Shown here: piece after piece, positions 54,949 to 64,000 of the stretch
How the letters are laid out: each line of letters begins with the position of its first letter
Position numbering within the stretch: position 1 is the first letter of the stretch
NCBI GenBank assembly: GCA_963732675.1
Contig: CAVTAJ010000007.1
Location: forward strand, 67,146-131,145
Direction of reading: 5' to 3'
Source: Nitrospirota bacterium
Lineage (GTDB): Bacteria > Nitrospirota > UBA9217
DNA: 64,000 nt
Program-made: the position numbers and the translations under genes
Notes under the pieces: generated by a model
What the model was told of the DNA's origin: nothing
Database searches by the model: none
The model's input: the letters and a program-made list of their open reading frames with translations, nothing else

Positions 54949-57900
54949 CTACACTAGTTCCTGCAAGCACTTTTTCACCGCCTCCGACGCTGTTCGGAGC
55001 GATTCGTCGGGTAACAGGATCTGGAGCGTATATTCCGGAACGAGCTTGATCCTTCCCTTGTGCCTCTTGAGGAGCGTCATGACCCGGTCCGGCGAAATGC
55101 CCGCGTTTTCAGCAAAGGTGATGGTCACGAGCTCCCTGCCGGCGTCGATACGCGCGACACGCGCCTGTTTAGCAATGAGCTTGACGCCCATGATCTCGAG
55201 CAGGTTCGCCGCCGGTTCGGGCAGTACGCCGTAGCGGTCACGAAGATCGTCTGCGAGGTCCTTTAGTTCCGCTTCGTTGGTCACGCTCGAGATCTCCTTG
55301 TACGCCGCGAGACGCAGGCTCACGTCGCGGATGTAGTCCTCGGGGATAAAGGCCGACGCCCGCATCGATGATGATCGTGTCCGGCTCCTCCGAAACCGCT
55401 TCGCCGCGCAGCTCAGCCATGGCTTCTTCCATCATCTGGGTGTAGAGGTCGATGCCTACGGCGGCGATATGGCCGGACTGCTGCCTGCCGAGCAGATTGC
55501 CGGCGCCGCGCGTCTCGAGGTCCTGCGCTGCAATGCGAAACCCGGCACCGAGCTCGGACAGCTCCTGGATCGCGCGGAGCCGCTTGCGCGCCACATCAGA
55601 GAGCGCTTCGTCCGCCGGGGCAAGCAGATAGGCATAGGCCTTGTCCCTGCTCCGGCCGACCCTGCCTTTGATCTGATACAGGTCCGCCAGGCCAAAGCGG
55701 TCCGCACGGTTGATGATGATCGTATTGGCGGTCGGGATGTCGATGCCGGATTCGATGATCGTCGTGGTGACCAGCACGTTCAGGTCCCCTGCAAGGAACT
55801 TCGTCATGACGTCCTCGAGCTCGTTCTCCTTGAGCTGGCCGTGGGCGATGCCGACCCTGGCCCCGGGCACCAGGTTCCGGATGAAGTCGGCCATGCGCTC
55901 GATGCCCTGGACCCGGTTGTGCACGAAGAACACCTGTCCTCCGCGTGCGAGTTCGTGGGTGATCGCCTCGCGGACCACGCGCTTGCCGAATCGGGCGAGC
56001 ACCACCTGGATGGCCTGGCGGTCGAGGGGCGGGGTCTGGATGATCGAGAGGTCGCGGATGCCGGCAAGCGACATATGGAGCGTGCGCGGGATCGGCGTGG
56101 CGGTGAGCGTGAGCACGTCCACGAGCTTCTTGAATTCCTTAATACGCTCCTTGTGCTTCACGCCGAACTTGTGCTCTTCATCCACGACGAGCAGGCCGAG
56201 GTTCTTGAATGCGATGTCCTTCTGGAGCAGGCGGTGCGTGCCGATCACCATGTCCACGGTGCCGCTCTTTAGGCCCTTGAGCGTTTCCTTCTGTTCCGCT
56301 TTCGTCCGGTAGCGGGAGAGCATGTCCACGCGGACCGAGAATGGCGCAAGCCGCTGGGAGAAGGTGCGGAAGTGCTGGTCCGCAAGCAGCGTCGTGGGCA
56401 CGAGCACCGCCGCCTGATACCCGTCCTCCACGGCCTTGAACGCGGCCCGGAGCGCGACCTCGGTCTTTCCGTACCCCACGTCGCCGCACACGACCCGGTC
56501 CATGGGCCGCGGCCGCTGCAGGTCCGCGAGCACGTCCTCGATCGCCTTCTGCTGGTCCGGCGTCTCTTCGTAGGGGAATGCGGACTCGAACTCGCGGTAG
56601 AGATTGTCCGGCGGCGAGAAGGACGGACGCTGCATGGCCTCGCGCGCGGCATAGATGGCCACCAGCTGCTGCGCCATCTCGAGGATGTCCTTTCGTGCTT
56701 TTTCTTTTGTCCTTGCCCACGCGGGAGCGCCGAGCTTGTCGAGCTTCGGGGCCGAGCCCTCGACGCCGATATACTTCTGGACCTTGTCCAGGCTGTAGAG
56801 CGGAACATATAATTTCGCGTCCGGTTCATAGCGGAGCGTGAGGAAATCGGTCTCGAACCCGTCCACGCTGATGTGCGTCAGGCCCTGGTATTCGCCGACG
56901 CCGTAGTCCGTGTGGACCACGAAGTCGCCGGGCTTGAGCTCCTTGAACGTCGAGAGGAACGGAGCGGCCTTGGATTTCGGGGCGGAGGGGCGGTGTACTT
57001 TCTTGCCGAAGATCTCTTCTTCCGTGATGAAGGCGAGGCCCAGCTCCTGCCAGGCGAACCCTTCCGAGAGCCTGCCGATCAGCGCCATGACCGGCCAGGG
57101 CCCTTGCTCCTGCGTCGCGACCGACGGGCCGATGACCACTCCGAGGCCGTATTCCATGAAAAGTTTTTTGAGCCGCGCGGCGGCCTCGTCAGTGCCGCAT
57201 ACGATCGCGACGCGGTTGGACTCTCTCAGCCGTTTCAGTTTTTCCACGAGCCCGGCCATCGTACCTTCAACGGGCCTCTGTTCCTGCTCGCGTTGTTCCC
57301 GCTCGACCGGCTTCGTGAGGCGGACGCTGAGCCAGGACGAGGATTTCGTGTCCATGACGAAAGCCCGCACCTGTGCCGAGCAAACGCAGATTGAGGACGG
57401 GGAAATTTGAAAGCCCGGCCTCTACCCCCTTCTGATCAAGATACAGCTCAGCGACCTCCGGCAGCGCTCTCCCTTCCTCGACCTCTTCTTGTCTGCCCTC
57501 TTCCCTCTTCCGGCCCTGCTCTTCGAGATCTGTTTTCAGATCATCGGGCTCGATGAGGGCGAAGAGACTGTTTTGGGGCAAAAAGTGGAACAGGCTCTCC
57601 ATCTCGTAGAAGAACGGGGCAAGGAACTCGCCGCCGGGCGGGAGGACACCCTGCTGTATCTGATCGATGGTGTTCTGCGTTGATAAACCGTGCACATTCG
57701 AAGTTACGGGAAACCGTTTTTTGAACCGTTCGATCCCCTGGTCATTGATCATGACCTCCCGCACCGGCAGCACTACCGCCTCCCTGATCTCCGCGGTGGA
57801 CCGCTGGGTCTCGGGATCGAACTCTCGCATGGACTCGATGGTGTCGCCGAAGAATTCCATGCGGGACCGGGTTTTCGTGGAGCGGCGAGAAAAAATCGAT

Positions 57901-58453
57901 GATCCCTCCCCGCCTGCTGAACTCGCCTACGCGCGTGACCAGTGATGCTGATTCGTAGCCCGCGGCAACGAGCGCGGCAGTGAGTTGGTCGGGATCGATC
58001 TGTGTTTTAGCGGTCAGGGTTTTTATGGAATCCACAAAAAGCGCCCACGGCGGGAGCTTCTGCGTCAGGGATTGCGACAGGCACGAGGTAGATTCCCGGC
58101 ATACCGGAGACCAGCTGGTACAGAAAGCGCATGCGCTCCCCCACGGTGCGGCTGTCGGGCGAGTCCGCCTCAAAGGGAAGCACGCCCCAGGCGGGGAAGG
58201 CGCGGACCGTCATCGTGTGCTCCCCTGCCTGGTCCCGGGGCATTGTGTGGACGAAAAAACTCAGGTCCTCCGCGAGCGCTTCCGCCTCCTCCTCGCTCGC
58301 GGTGACGACAATGACCGGACAACGAGCTTCAGCGCACAGGCCGAACAAAAAAAAGGCCTTCGAGGCCCCCCAGAGTTCACTCACTTCGACGGTCTTTTGT
58401 CCGGTCTGGATAGTACTGAGCACAGGCTGGATAATATCGTGCAGGGTCTTCAT
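54949..58453 (-). CDS. mfd: Transcription-repair coupling factor Mfd (4 frameshifts in this assembly)
   Basis: Five consecutive frames carry contiguous Mfd sequence. These cover the UvrB-homology N-domain (MKTLHDIIQPV...), GEFSRRGGIIDFFSP, MEFFGDTIESMREFDP, the CarD-like region, helicase motifs (GDVGYGKTEVA, DEEHKFGV, LTATPIPRTL, QLHQ-like GRVGRS) and the C-terminal TRCF domain. Confidence 0.9.
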
Positions 58454-58564
58454 GGAAAAAACACTATAACACAGCGGCCTGAATGAAAGCAACCGGGGCA
58501 GGCAAGCATCTGCATTCCGGTAAATAGGCTTGATTAAGGCACCTGTCTCGGATACAATCAGCAG

Positions 58565-58849
58565 GTGATGCCCCCTGCAAAAAAAAGAAGGAAAAAAGCC
58601 GCCGCCTGGCGGCTCTACGTTCTGAAATGCAGGGACAACACGCTGTACACCGGCATTACCATTGACGTATCGCGCCGCGTCCAGCAGCACAACAGCGGCT
58701 CAGCCTCGCGCTACACCCGAAGCCGGCTTCCGGTGAAGCTCATCTTCAGCGAGCCTTGCCGCAATCGCTCACAGGCCCTGAAAAAAGAATTTGCCATGAA
58801 GCGATTATCACGGAAAAAAAAGGAAGAGTACCTCAGGGACAATGGATAA
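58565..58849 (+). CDS. GIY-YIG nuclease superfamily protein (UPF0213-like)
   Basis: WRLYVLKCRDNTLYTGITIDVSRRVQQHNSG...RSQALKKEFAMKRLSRKKK. 94 aa. Confidence 0.8.
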   Translation: MMPPAKKRRKKAAAWRLYVLKCRDNTLYTGITIDVSRRVQQHNSGSASRYTRSRLPVKLIFSEPCRNRSQALKKEFAMKRLSRKKKEEYLRDNG

Positions 58850-59980
58850 CAAATTTTTCGAGGCGTACCGGCGCGAATTTCCCGTTACCGGGAACTACAT
58901 CTATCTTGACCATGCGGGCGTTGCGCCGATATCGCTCAGGGTCAAGACCGCGATCGAAACAGTTTCTGGCCGAGTCGGCCGAAGGCGGGTCCTTTCATTA
59001 TCCCGTATGGGCAGAACGGATCGTCGGAGATCAGAAGGGCCTGTGCACGACTCATCAACGCAGGGCCGGATGAGATCGCCTTTGTAAAGAGCACGTCTCA
59101 CGGACTGTCGATCGTTGCCCAGGGTCTCGACTGGAGGCCTGGTGACAATGTCCTTATCTATGAAAAGGAGTTTCCTTCCAATATCTATCCCTGGTTGAAT
59201 CTCAGGAGCAAAGGTGTCGAAGTCCGCACCATCCCTTCACGGGACGGCAGGATTCTCTTCGAGGACATTGCGCGGCTCATAAATTCACGGACGCGGCTGC
59301 TTGCCATCAGTTCTGTTCAATTCTCGAACGGTTTCAGGATCGATCTGGAAAAGGTAGGCTCACTGTGCCGGGACAAACAGGTCCTGCTGTGCGTGGATGC
59401 CATCCAGAGCCTCGGCATGGTCCCGATGGATGTCAAGGCCTTTCATATCGACTTTCTTTCGGCCGACGCACACAAGTGGCTCCTCGGTCCTGAGGGTATC
59501 GGGATATTCTATTGCAGCAACGGTCTTGCCGGGCGGCTCTCCCCTCCCCTCATTGGATGGAAAAGCGTTCGGAATGAATTAGCGTTCGATCGCCCTGAAT
59601 TTCTTCTGAAAACCAATTGCCTGCGATTCGAGGAAGGCTCGATGAACCTTCTGGGCATTTTCGGGCTTGGCGCGGCACTCGATCTCCTGTTCGAGGTCGG
59701 CATCGAACAGATCGAACAGCGCGTGCTCGACCTCGGCGATCTGATCCTGCGGGAAGCGGAGAAAAGAGGCTATCGTGCCCTGACCCCCGTTGCGCGGCAT
59801 GAGCGTGGCGGGAACATTACGGTTTCGGGTGATTTTGATCCTGCCCGGGTGCGGGATGCGCTGCGGGAAAAGAGGATCATGGTCAATGCCCGGGGCGGCG
59901 GTATCCGCGTATCACCGCATTTTTATAATATTGAGGAAGAAATAATCGCCTTCTTTAAAATGCTGGACCGCCTCGCCTAG
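58842..59980 (+). CDS. Class V aminotransferase (cysteine desulfurase/kynureninase-like fold; 2 frameshifts in this assembly)
   Basis: [11 protein letters not shown] / [21 protein letters not shown] / [28 protein letters not shown]...[17 protein letters not shown] (PLP-Lys motif). Three frames carry contiguous homology. Confidence 0.8.
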
Positions 59981-61748
59981 CCGAATGCCGGAGTGTCCGA
60001 CAAAATGATTTCACGGAGCATGGTTGCGAAACAAAGAGGCATGCAAAAGTCCCCCTGACCCCGCCCTCTCCCCCTTGGGGCGAGGGAGATTTTTTCTTTC
60101 CTCTCCCATCAGGGGAGAGGATTAAGGTGAGGGGTGGCTCCGCACCAGCTGGCCTAGATCCGGCTGCAGCATACTTCGATTCAACGGCCCGGGTCCCCGG
60201 GGTCTTTATGATCCGGTGGTCCGGATTGCCGCTCGCGTGCTGAAGGATCTTGAACACAGACTCCGCGTTCTCATCCGCGTTGAGCGCGTTCGCGATCTCG
60301 TCAGCGGTGAAGGATGCCCCGGGGTTCTTGCGCAGATAGGAGAAGACCTCGCGCTGCAGTGTGATGACCCCTTCGGCCATTTTCTTCCCCGCCTCGACCC
60401 CGGGCTGGTGGTAGGCGTTGATGTTCACCAGCGTGGCGTAGAAGCCGACCGCCCGTTCATAGAGTGCGATGAGCGCACCGATGGACCGCGCATCAAGCCT
60501 GTCGATCGAGATGGTGATCGACTCGCGGTTGTTCCCGTGCAGGGCGCTCCTCGTCCCATGGAGAAAGGCGCTCAGAAAGTCGCCGCTCGTGATGCCGGGT
60601 TCGACTTCCAGGGAAGCGCCTTCGAGGTCATGGAGCACTTCGATAAAGGTGGCGAAAAAATTGTTTACCCCGTCCCGCAGCTGCTGCACATAGGCATGCT
60701 GGTCCGTGGTGCCTTTATTGCCGTACACGGTGATCCCCTGGTTCACCACCTTGTTGTTCAGGTCCTTTTCCTTGCCCAACGACTCCATAATCAGCTGCTG
60801 AAGATATTTCGGAAAGAGCATCAGCCGGTCCTTATAGGGGAGGATCACCATGTCTTTCTGTCCCCTGCCGCCCGTTGCATGATACCAGGCAAGGGCCAGG
60901 AGCGCTGCCGGGTTGGAGCGGGTGTCTTTTTGTCGTGTGAGCTCATCACATAGGGCGGCGCCTTTCAGCAACTCCACTATATGTATTCCCTGTAATGATG
61001 CTGGTAAAAGCCCAACAGCCGACATTATTGAGGTTCTCCCACCAACCCAGTCCCACATCGGAAATCTGGCTATCCAGAAGTCTTTTTTGGCTATTTCATC
61101 AAGCTTGCTCCCCACTCCAGTCACGGCAACGGCATGTCGCTCAAAGGAGAGATTGGCTTTTTTATAAGCAGAGGCGACCTCGAGCATTCCATTCCTGGTC
61201 TCCACGGTTCCGCCGCTTTTAGAGATCACCACGGTAAGCGTATCCGCCAGATCATTCCCGATCCCGGCAAGCACCCGGCTGATCCCGTCCGGGTCCGTAT
61301 TATCCAGAAAATGGGGCTTCATGATGTCGGCAGCTGTTCCAAGCGCGTCGGCGATGAACTGCGGTCCCAAGGCCGAGCCGCCTATCCCGATGCTCAGCAG
61401 ATGCGTGAACCGGGCGCGCTTCCGGGGAAAGATCTTTCCCGCATGCACCGTGAACGTGAAGTCCTTGATCGCCTTGAGGGTGTCCTCGATCTCCTGCCTG
61501 ATCTCCGGAGATGGAGCGAGTCCCGGCGCCCTGAGCCAGTAATGGCCGACCATGCGGTTCTCGTCGGGGTTGGCGATGGCCCCTGCTTCGAGGGCATCCA
61601 TGGCCGCGTACGCCCTCTGGATATCCGGCTCCATGCGTACGAGATAATCATCAGCAAAGTTCATCCTGCTGATGTCGAGCGTCATGCCGGTCGAGGGACA
61701 CTCGCAGAGATATTTTTTATATCTTTCCCAGAGGAATGTGTTGTTCAT
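59955..61748 (-). CDS. pgi: Glucose-6-phosphate isomerase (apparent 3' end probably artefactual; true stop likely near 60150-60190)
   Basis: 597-aa ORF with [23 protein letters not shown] and the PGI C-terminal domain. The last ~70 codons read through terminator-like hairpins and overlap the convergent aminotransferase gene. Confidence 0.85.
   Translation of the reverse strand: MNNTFLWERYKKYLCECPSTGMTLDISRMNFADDYLVRMEPDIQRAYAAMDALEAGAIANPDENRMVGHYWLRAPGLAPSPEIRQEIEDTLKAIKDFTFTVHAGKIFPRKRARFTHLLSIGIGGSALGPQFIADALGTAADIMKPHFLDNTDPDGISRVLAGIGNDLADTLTVVISKSGGTVETRNGMLEVASAYKKANLSFERHAVAVTGVGSKLDEIAKKDFWIARFPMWDWVGGRTSIMSAVGLLPASLQGIHIVELLKGAALCDELTRQKDTRSNPAALLALAWYHATGGRGQKDMVILPYKDRLMLFPKYLQQLIMESLGKEKDLNNKVVNQGITVYGNKGTTDQHAYVQQLRDGVNNFFATFIEVLHDLEGASLEVEPGITSGDFLSAFLHGTRSALHGNNRESITISIDRLDARSIGALIALYERAVGFYATLVNINAYHQPGVEAGKKMAEGVITLQREVFSYLRKNPGASFTADEIANALNADENAESVFKILQHASGNPDHRIIKTPGTRAVESKYAAAGSRPAGAEPPLTLILSPDGRGKKKSPSPQGGEGGVRGTFACLFVSQPCSVKSFCRTLRHSARRGGPAF
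60064..60120. repeat. Pair of C/G-tract hairpins (ccctctcccc..ggggcgaggg and cctctccc..ggggagagg); the first plus its T-run probably terminates the aminotransferase gene
   Basis: Hairpin 1 (60064-60086) is followed by agattttttcttt. Hairpin 2 is at 60100-60120. Translated on the minus strand this gives [24 protein letters not shown] inside the apparent pgi tail. A related ccccttt..ggggagg element occurs at 17428-17500. Confidence 0.7.
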
Positions 61749-61957
61749 AATCTTTTCCTTTTCCGCGAAGTATCACGAGACTTCGTGAAGTACATCAATG
61801 TCTTAGCAGTGAATGTATTTTATCATAAAAATTATTCCGGAGGTACACTATTTATGATCATCGACGCGATACCCTTTGTCCCCGCATCATCAGGGGCCTT
61901 ACATTACCTGTTCAAAATTTTTTATCGCCCCTCCCCTGTTTATGGTACTATGCCGCC

Positions 61958-63329
61958 ATGTCTGACCAGGACACCATATGCGCTGTCTCAACACCGCCGG
62001 GCGCGGGCGGGATCGGCATCATCCGGATCAGCGGCAGTGCGGCGCTCGGGATCGCGTCAACAGTATTCAGGCCGCGCAGGCATAAGGACCTCATGATCGC
62101 CCTTTCACACTCACTCCACTACGGCCATGTTGTCGATCCTGCCTCGAACGAGACCGTGGACGAAGCGCTGGTGAGCGTGATGCGCGCGCCGGCAACGTAC
62201 ACCCGGGAAGATGTGGTCGAGATAAACTGCCACGGCGGCATGATGCCGCTCTGGCGCACACTGGGGCTGCTTGTCGCGGCCGGGGCAAGGCAGGCGGAAC
62301 CGGGCGAGTTCACGAAGCGCGCTTTTTTGAGCGGCAGGATCGACCTTGCCCAGGCCGAGGCGGTCATGGACATCATCCATGCCAAGACCGATCTCTCTCT
62401 TCGGGCGGCGAATGAGCAGCTGCTCGGAGGCCTTTCCGGAGAAATTGCCGCGCTGCGCGACCGGCATGCTGTCGCTCATTGCCGCGGTTGAGGCGGGGAT
62501 CGATTTTCCTGAAGAGGATATTGAGACCGGGACGGGACAGCCGCTCGCGGACGAAGTGGGCGGCTTGCTTGCCGGGGTCGAATCTCTGCTTTCGGGTTAC
62601 ACCTATGGCAGGATACTCCGCGACGGGTTCGCGACTGCCATCGTGGGCAAGCCGAATGTCGGCAAGTCATCGCTGTTGAACGCGCTTTTGAAGCAAAACC
62701 GGGCGATCGTGAACGAGGTCCCGGGAACGACGCGTGACGTTCTTGAAGAATATCTGAACATCGCCGGCGTGCCGCTCAAAATTCTGGACACCGCCGGCAT
62801 CCGGCATTCCCATGACATCGTGGAGCAGGAGGGTGTGCGCCGAAGCATCGCGGCCATCGGGTCCGCCGACATTGTGCTTCTCGTTCTCGATGGGTCCCAG
62901 CCGCTTACTGCCGAGGACCAGAGGGTGATGGACGAGGTCCAGGGCAAACACGTGATCGCGGTCATCAACAAGTCGGACCTGCCGAGAAAGCAAAAGCAGC
63001 TCAAAGAGCCGCAGGTACAGGTTTCCGTATCGTGCCGCACCGGCGAGGGGCTTGATGACCTGAAGCGCGCGATCTCAGACCAGGTGAAGCAGGGGACGAT
63101 CAGCTCAAGGGAGCATGTCTGGGCAGTGAACCAGCGGCACAAAACAGCGCTTGAGCAGACGAAAGCAAGCCTGCAAAAAGCGCTTGAGTCGATCACTGCC
63201 GGCCTCTCTCCGGAGTTCATTGCCCTGGACCTTCGGGGCGCGCTCGACAGTCTGGGGCTGATCATCGGCGCGACGTATACGGAAGACATCCTCGAGCGGA
63301 TCTTCAATGACTTCTGTATCGGGAAATAA
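61958..63329 (+). CDS. mnmE: tRNA uridine-5-carboxymethylaminomethyl modification GTPase MnmE (1 frameshift near 62465)
   Basis: [22 protein letters not shown] and CHGG. After the break come [20 protein letters not shown] and NKSDL, with the C-terminal CIGK. Confidence 0.9.
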
Positions 63330-63350
63330 TACATACGAATACATTGTTTT

Positions 63351-63491
63351 CTCGCAGAGGCGCAGAGTTCGCAGAGAATAGCGCATAAATCTTCTGTTTT
63401 TAAAACCATGACTTAAAGATCTTGATTTGACTCTGCGTTCTCCGCGCGCTCTGCGAGAGACGCCTTTTGTTCCGGCTTGTCCGGGTTAGGT
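63351..63491. repeat. mnmE-mnmG spacer element: CGCAGAG array, inverted CTCTGCG array and inverse copy B of the 49238 module
   Basis: ctcgcagaggcgcagagttcgcagagaatagcgc (63351-84), then ctctgcgttctccgcgcgctctgcgagagacgccttttgttccggcttgtccgggttaggt (63431-91). The latter is the reverse complement of acctaacccggacaagccggaac-aaaagg-cgtctctcgcagag. Confidence 0.85.
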
Positions 63492-63497
63492 TGGATT

Positions 63498-64000
63498 ATG
63501 TCTCTTAACAATACATACGACGTCATCGTGATCGGCGCGGGCCATGCCGGGTGCGAGGCCGCGCTGGCTGCCGCGCGCATGGGCTGCTCCACGCTTATGC
63601 TTACCATGAACCTCGACAGCATCGCGCTCATGTCCTGCAACCCTGCCATCGGCGGACTGGCCAAGGGGCACCTCGTGAAGGAGATCGACGCGCTTGGCGG
63701 CGAGATGGCGAAGATCATCGACCGGACCGGCATCCAGTTCCGCACCCTGAACCGGAGCAAGGGCCCGGCTGTTCACGGCACGCGCGCCCAGGCCGACAAG
63801 CAGCGGTACCGGCTCGCCATGAAGGAGGCGGTTGAAAAGCAGCCGGGCCTGGATGTGAAGCAGGGGACTGTCGAGAAGCTCCTCGTTGAGGACGACAGGG
63901 TCATCGGGGTCGAGACCGACTATCGGCGTGCAGTACCTGTCATCTGCGGTGATCGTGACAACAGGCACGTTCCTGAAGGGGCTGATCCACATCGGCCTGG
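63498..64000 (+). CDS. mnmG: tRNA uridine 5-carboxymethylaminomethyl modification enzyme MnmG (GidA), 5' part, runs off the window (1 frameshift near 63917)
   Basis: [29 protein letters not shown]...[23 protein letters not shown]. After VETD the frame breaks into [26 protein letters not shown]. Confidence 0.9.
   Translation, partial: MSLNNTYDVIVIGAGHAGCEAALAAARMGCSTLMLTMNLDSIALMSCNPAIGGLAKGHLVKEIDALGGEMAKIIDRTGIQFRTLNRSKGPAVHGTRAQADKQRYRLAMKEAVEKQPGLDVKQGTVEKLLVEDDRVIGVETDYRRAVPVICGDRDNRHVPEGADPHRP

Noticed and set aside
1-64000. Many long ORFs antisense to or overlapping recognised genes (e.g. 458-1021, 1448-2242, 2348-3028, 7362-8102, 13468-14379, 18971-20227, 27828-28700, 31852-32907, 33129-34187, 43592-44830, 55469-56272).
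   Set aside because: They lie opposite or out of frame to genes with clear homology. They have Arg/Ala/Pro/Gly-rich low-complexity translations typical of GC-rich shadow frames, and they lack RBS or recognisable motifs.
1-64000. Search for CRISPR arrays, transposases/IS ends, integrases, prophage genes, toxin-antitoxin pairs, reverse transcriptases or known defence-system signatures.
   Set aside because: No regularly spaced 25-40-nt direct repeats and no ORF with recognisable motifs of these families were seen. The only repeats are short (7-30 nt) spacer elements.
1-64000. Programmed ribosomal frameshifting or recoding as the explanation for the split genes.
   Set aside because: The breaks occur in ~25 unrelated genes without shared slippery heptamers or downstream structures, often several per gene. 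Indel error is the simpler explanation. The purL heptamer array is the one exception and is discussed separately.
8415-64000. The 53-kb separation and divergent orientation of mnmE-mnmG versus rsmG-parA-parB as evidence of a large inversion or insertion splitting the ancestral mnmEG-rsmG-parAB cluster.
   Set aside because: The ancestral order in this lineage is unknown, and no rearrangement scars are visible at either boundary. It is noted but not supportable from one window.

Overview
This is a 64-kb chromosomal segment from a moderately GC-rich bacterium, with AT-rich spacers. The gene content (sigma54 regulators, cNOR, Aquifex-type aconitase, many Usp genes) suggests an anaerobic or microaerophilic Nitrospirota- or Deltaproteobacteria-like organism; that placement is a guess. 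Most genes are on the minus strand.

Recognisable content, left to right:
- purL (split at its N-domain), a bactofilin, parB-parA, a bacterial Clp1-family polynucleotide kinase flanked by two near-perfect parS sites, and rsmG.
- A PEBP/YbhB protein, norCB, comM, an SH3-NlpC/P60-DUF1460 hydrolase, tRNA-Leu and ilvE.
- A NarL-type two-component pair, uspA, a bacterioferritin-like gene and aconitase.
- An 11.6-kb island rich in sigma54 and Usp genes (24994-36720). It has two enhancer-binding proteins, a histidine kinase and four Usp genes, two of them tandem (six domains). It also has a GntR-TSUP-unknown-Usp operon and two paralogous sigma54-promoted micro-ORFs.
- tRNA-Glu and tRNA-Gln, Smr, HD-GYP, dksA, REC-PilZ, a cytochrome c'-like gene, yaeQ and ywbE.
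- Several uncharacterised proteins, PilZ, cspA, a 4Fe-4S protein and tRNA-Val.
- rlmI, three SurA/PrsA-type chaperones, capA, mfd, a GIY-YIG protein, a class V aminotransferase, pgi, mnmE and the 5' part of mnmG.

I found no CRISPR array, transposase, integrase, phage gene, rRNA or recognisable defence system.

Major caveat: about 40-45 reading-frame breaks are visible, including in mfd, mnmE, mnmG, comM and norB. Homologous protein sequence simply continues in another frame. This looks like indel errors in the consensus rather than biology, so gene boundaries given here are merged across frames.

The most unusual signals:
1. Two sigma54-driven micro-ORFs sharing an M-[IL]-E-D-x-x-V-A-x-x-F-A-E-A-G N-terminus, each next to a sigma54 activator.
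2. A parS pair bracketing a Clp1-like kinase beside parAB-bactofilin.
3. Families of short 7-nt-periodic tandem repeats, one of which sits exactly at the purL frame break.
4. An uncharacterised GntR-TSUP-229aa-Usp operon.

None of these can be proven novel from sequence alone.
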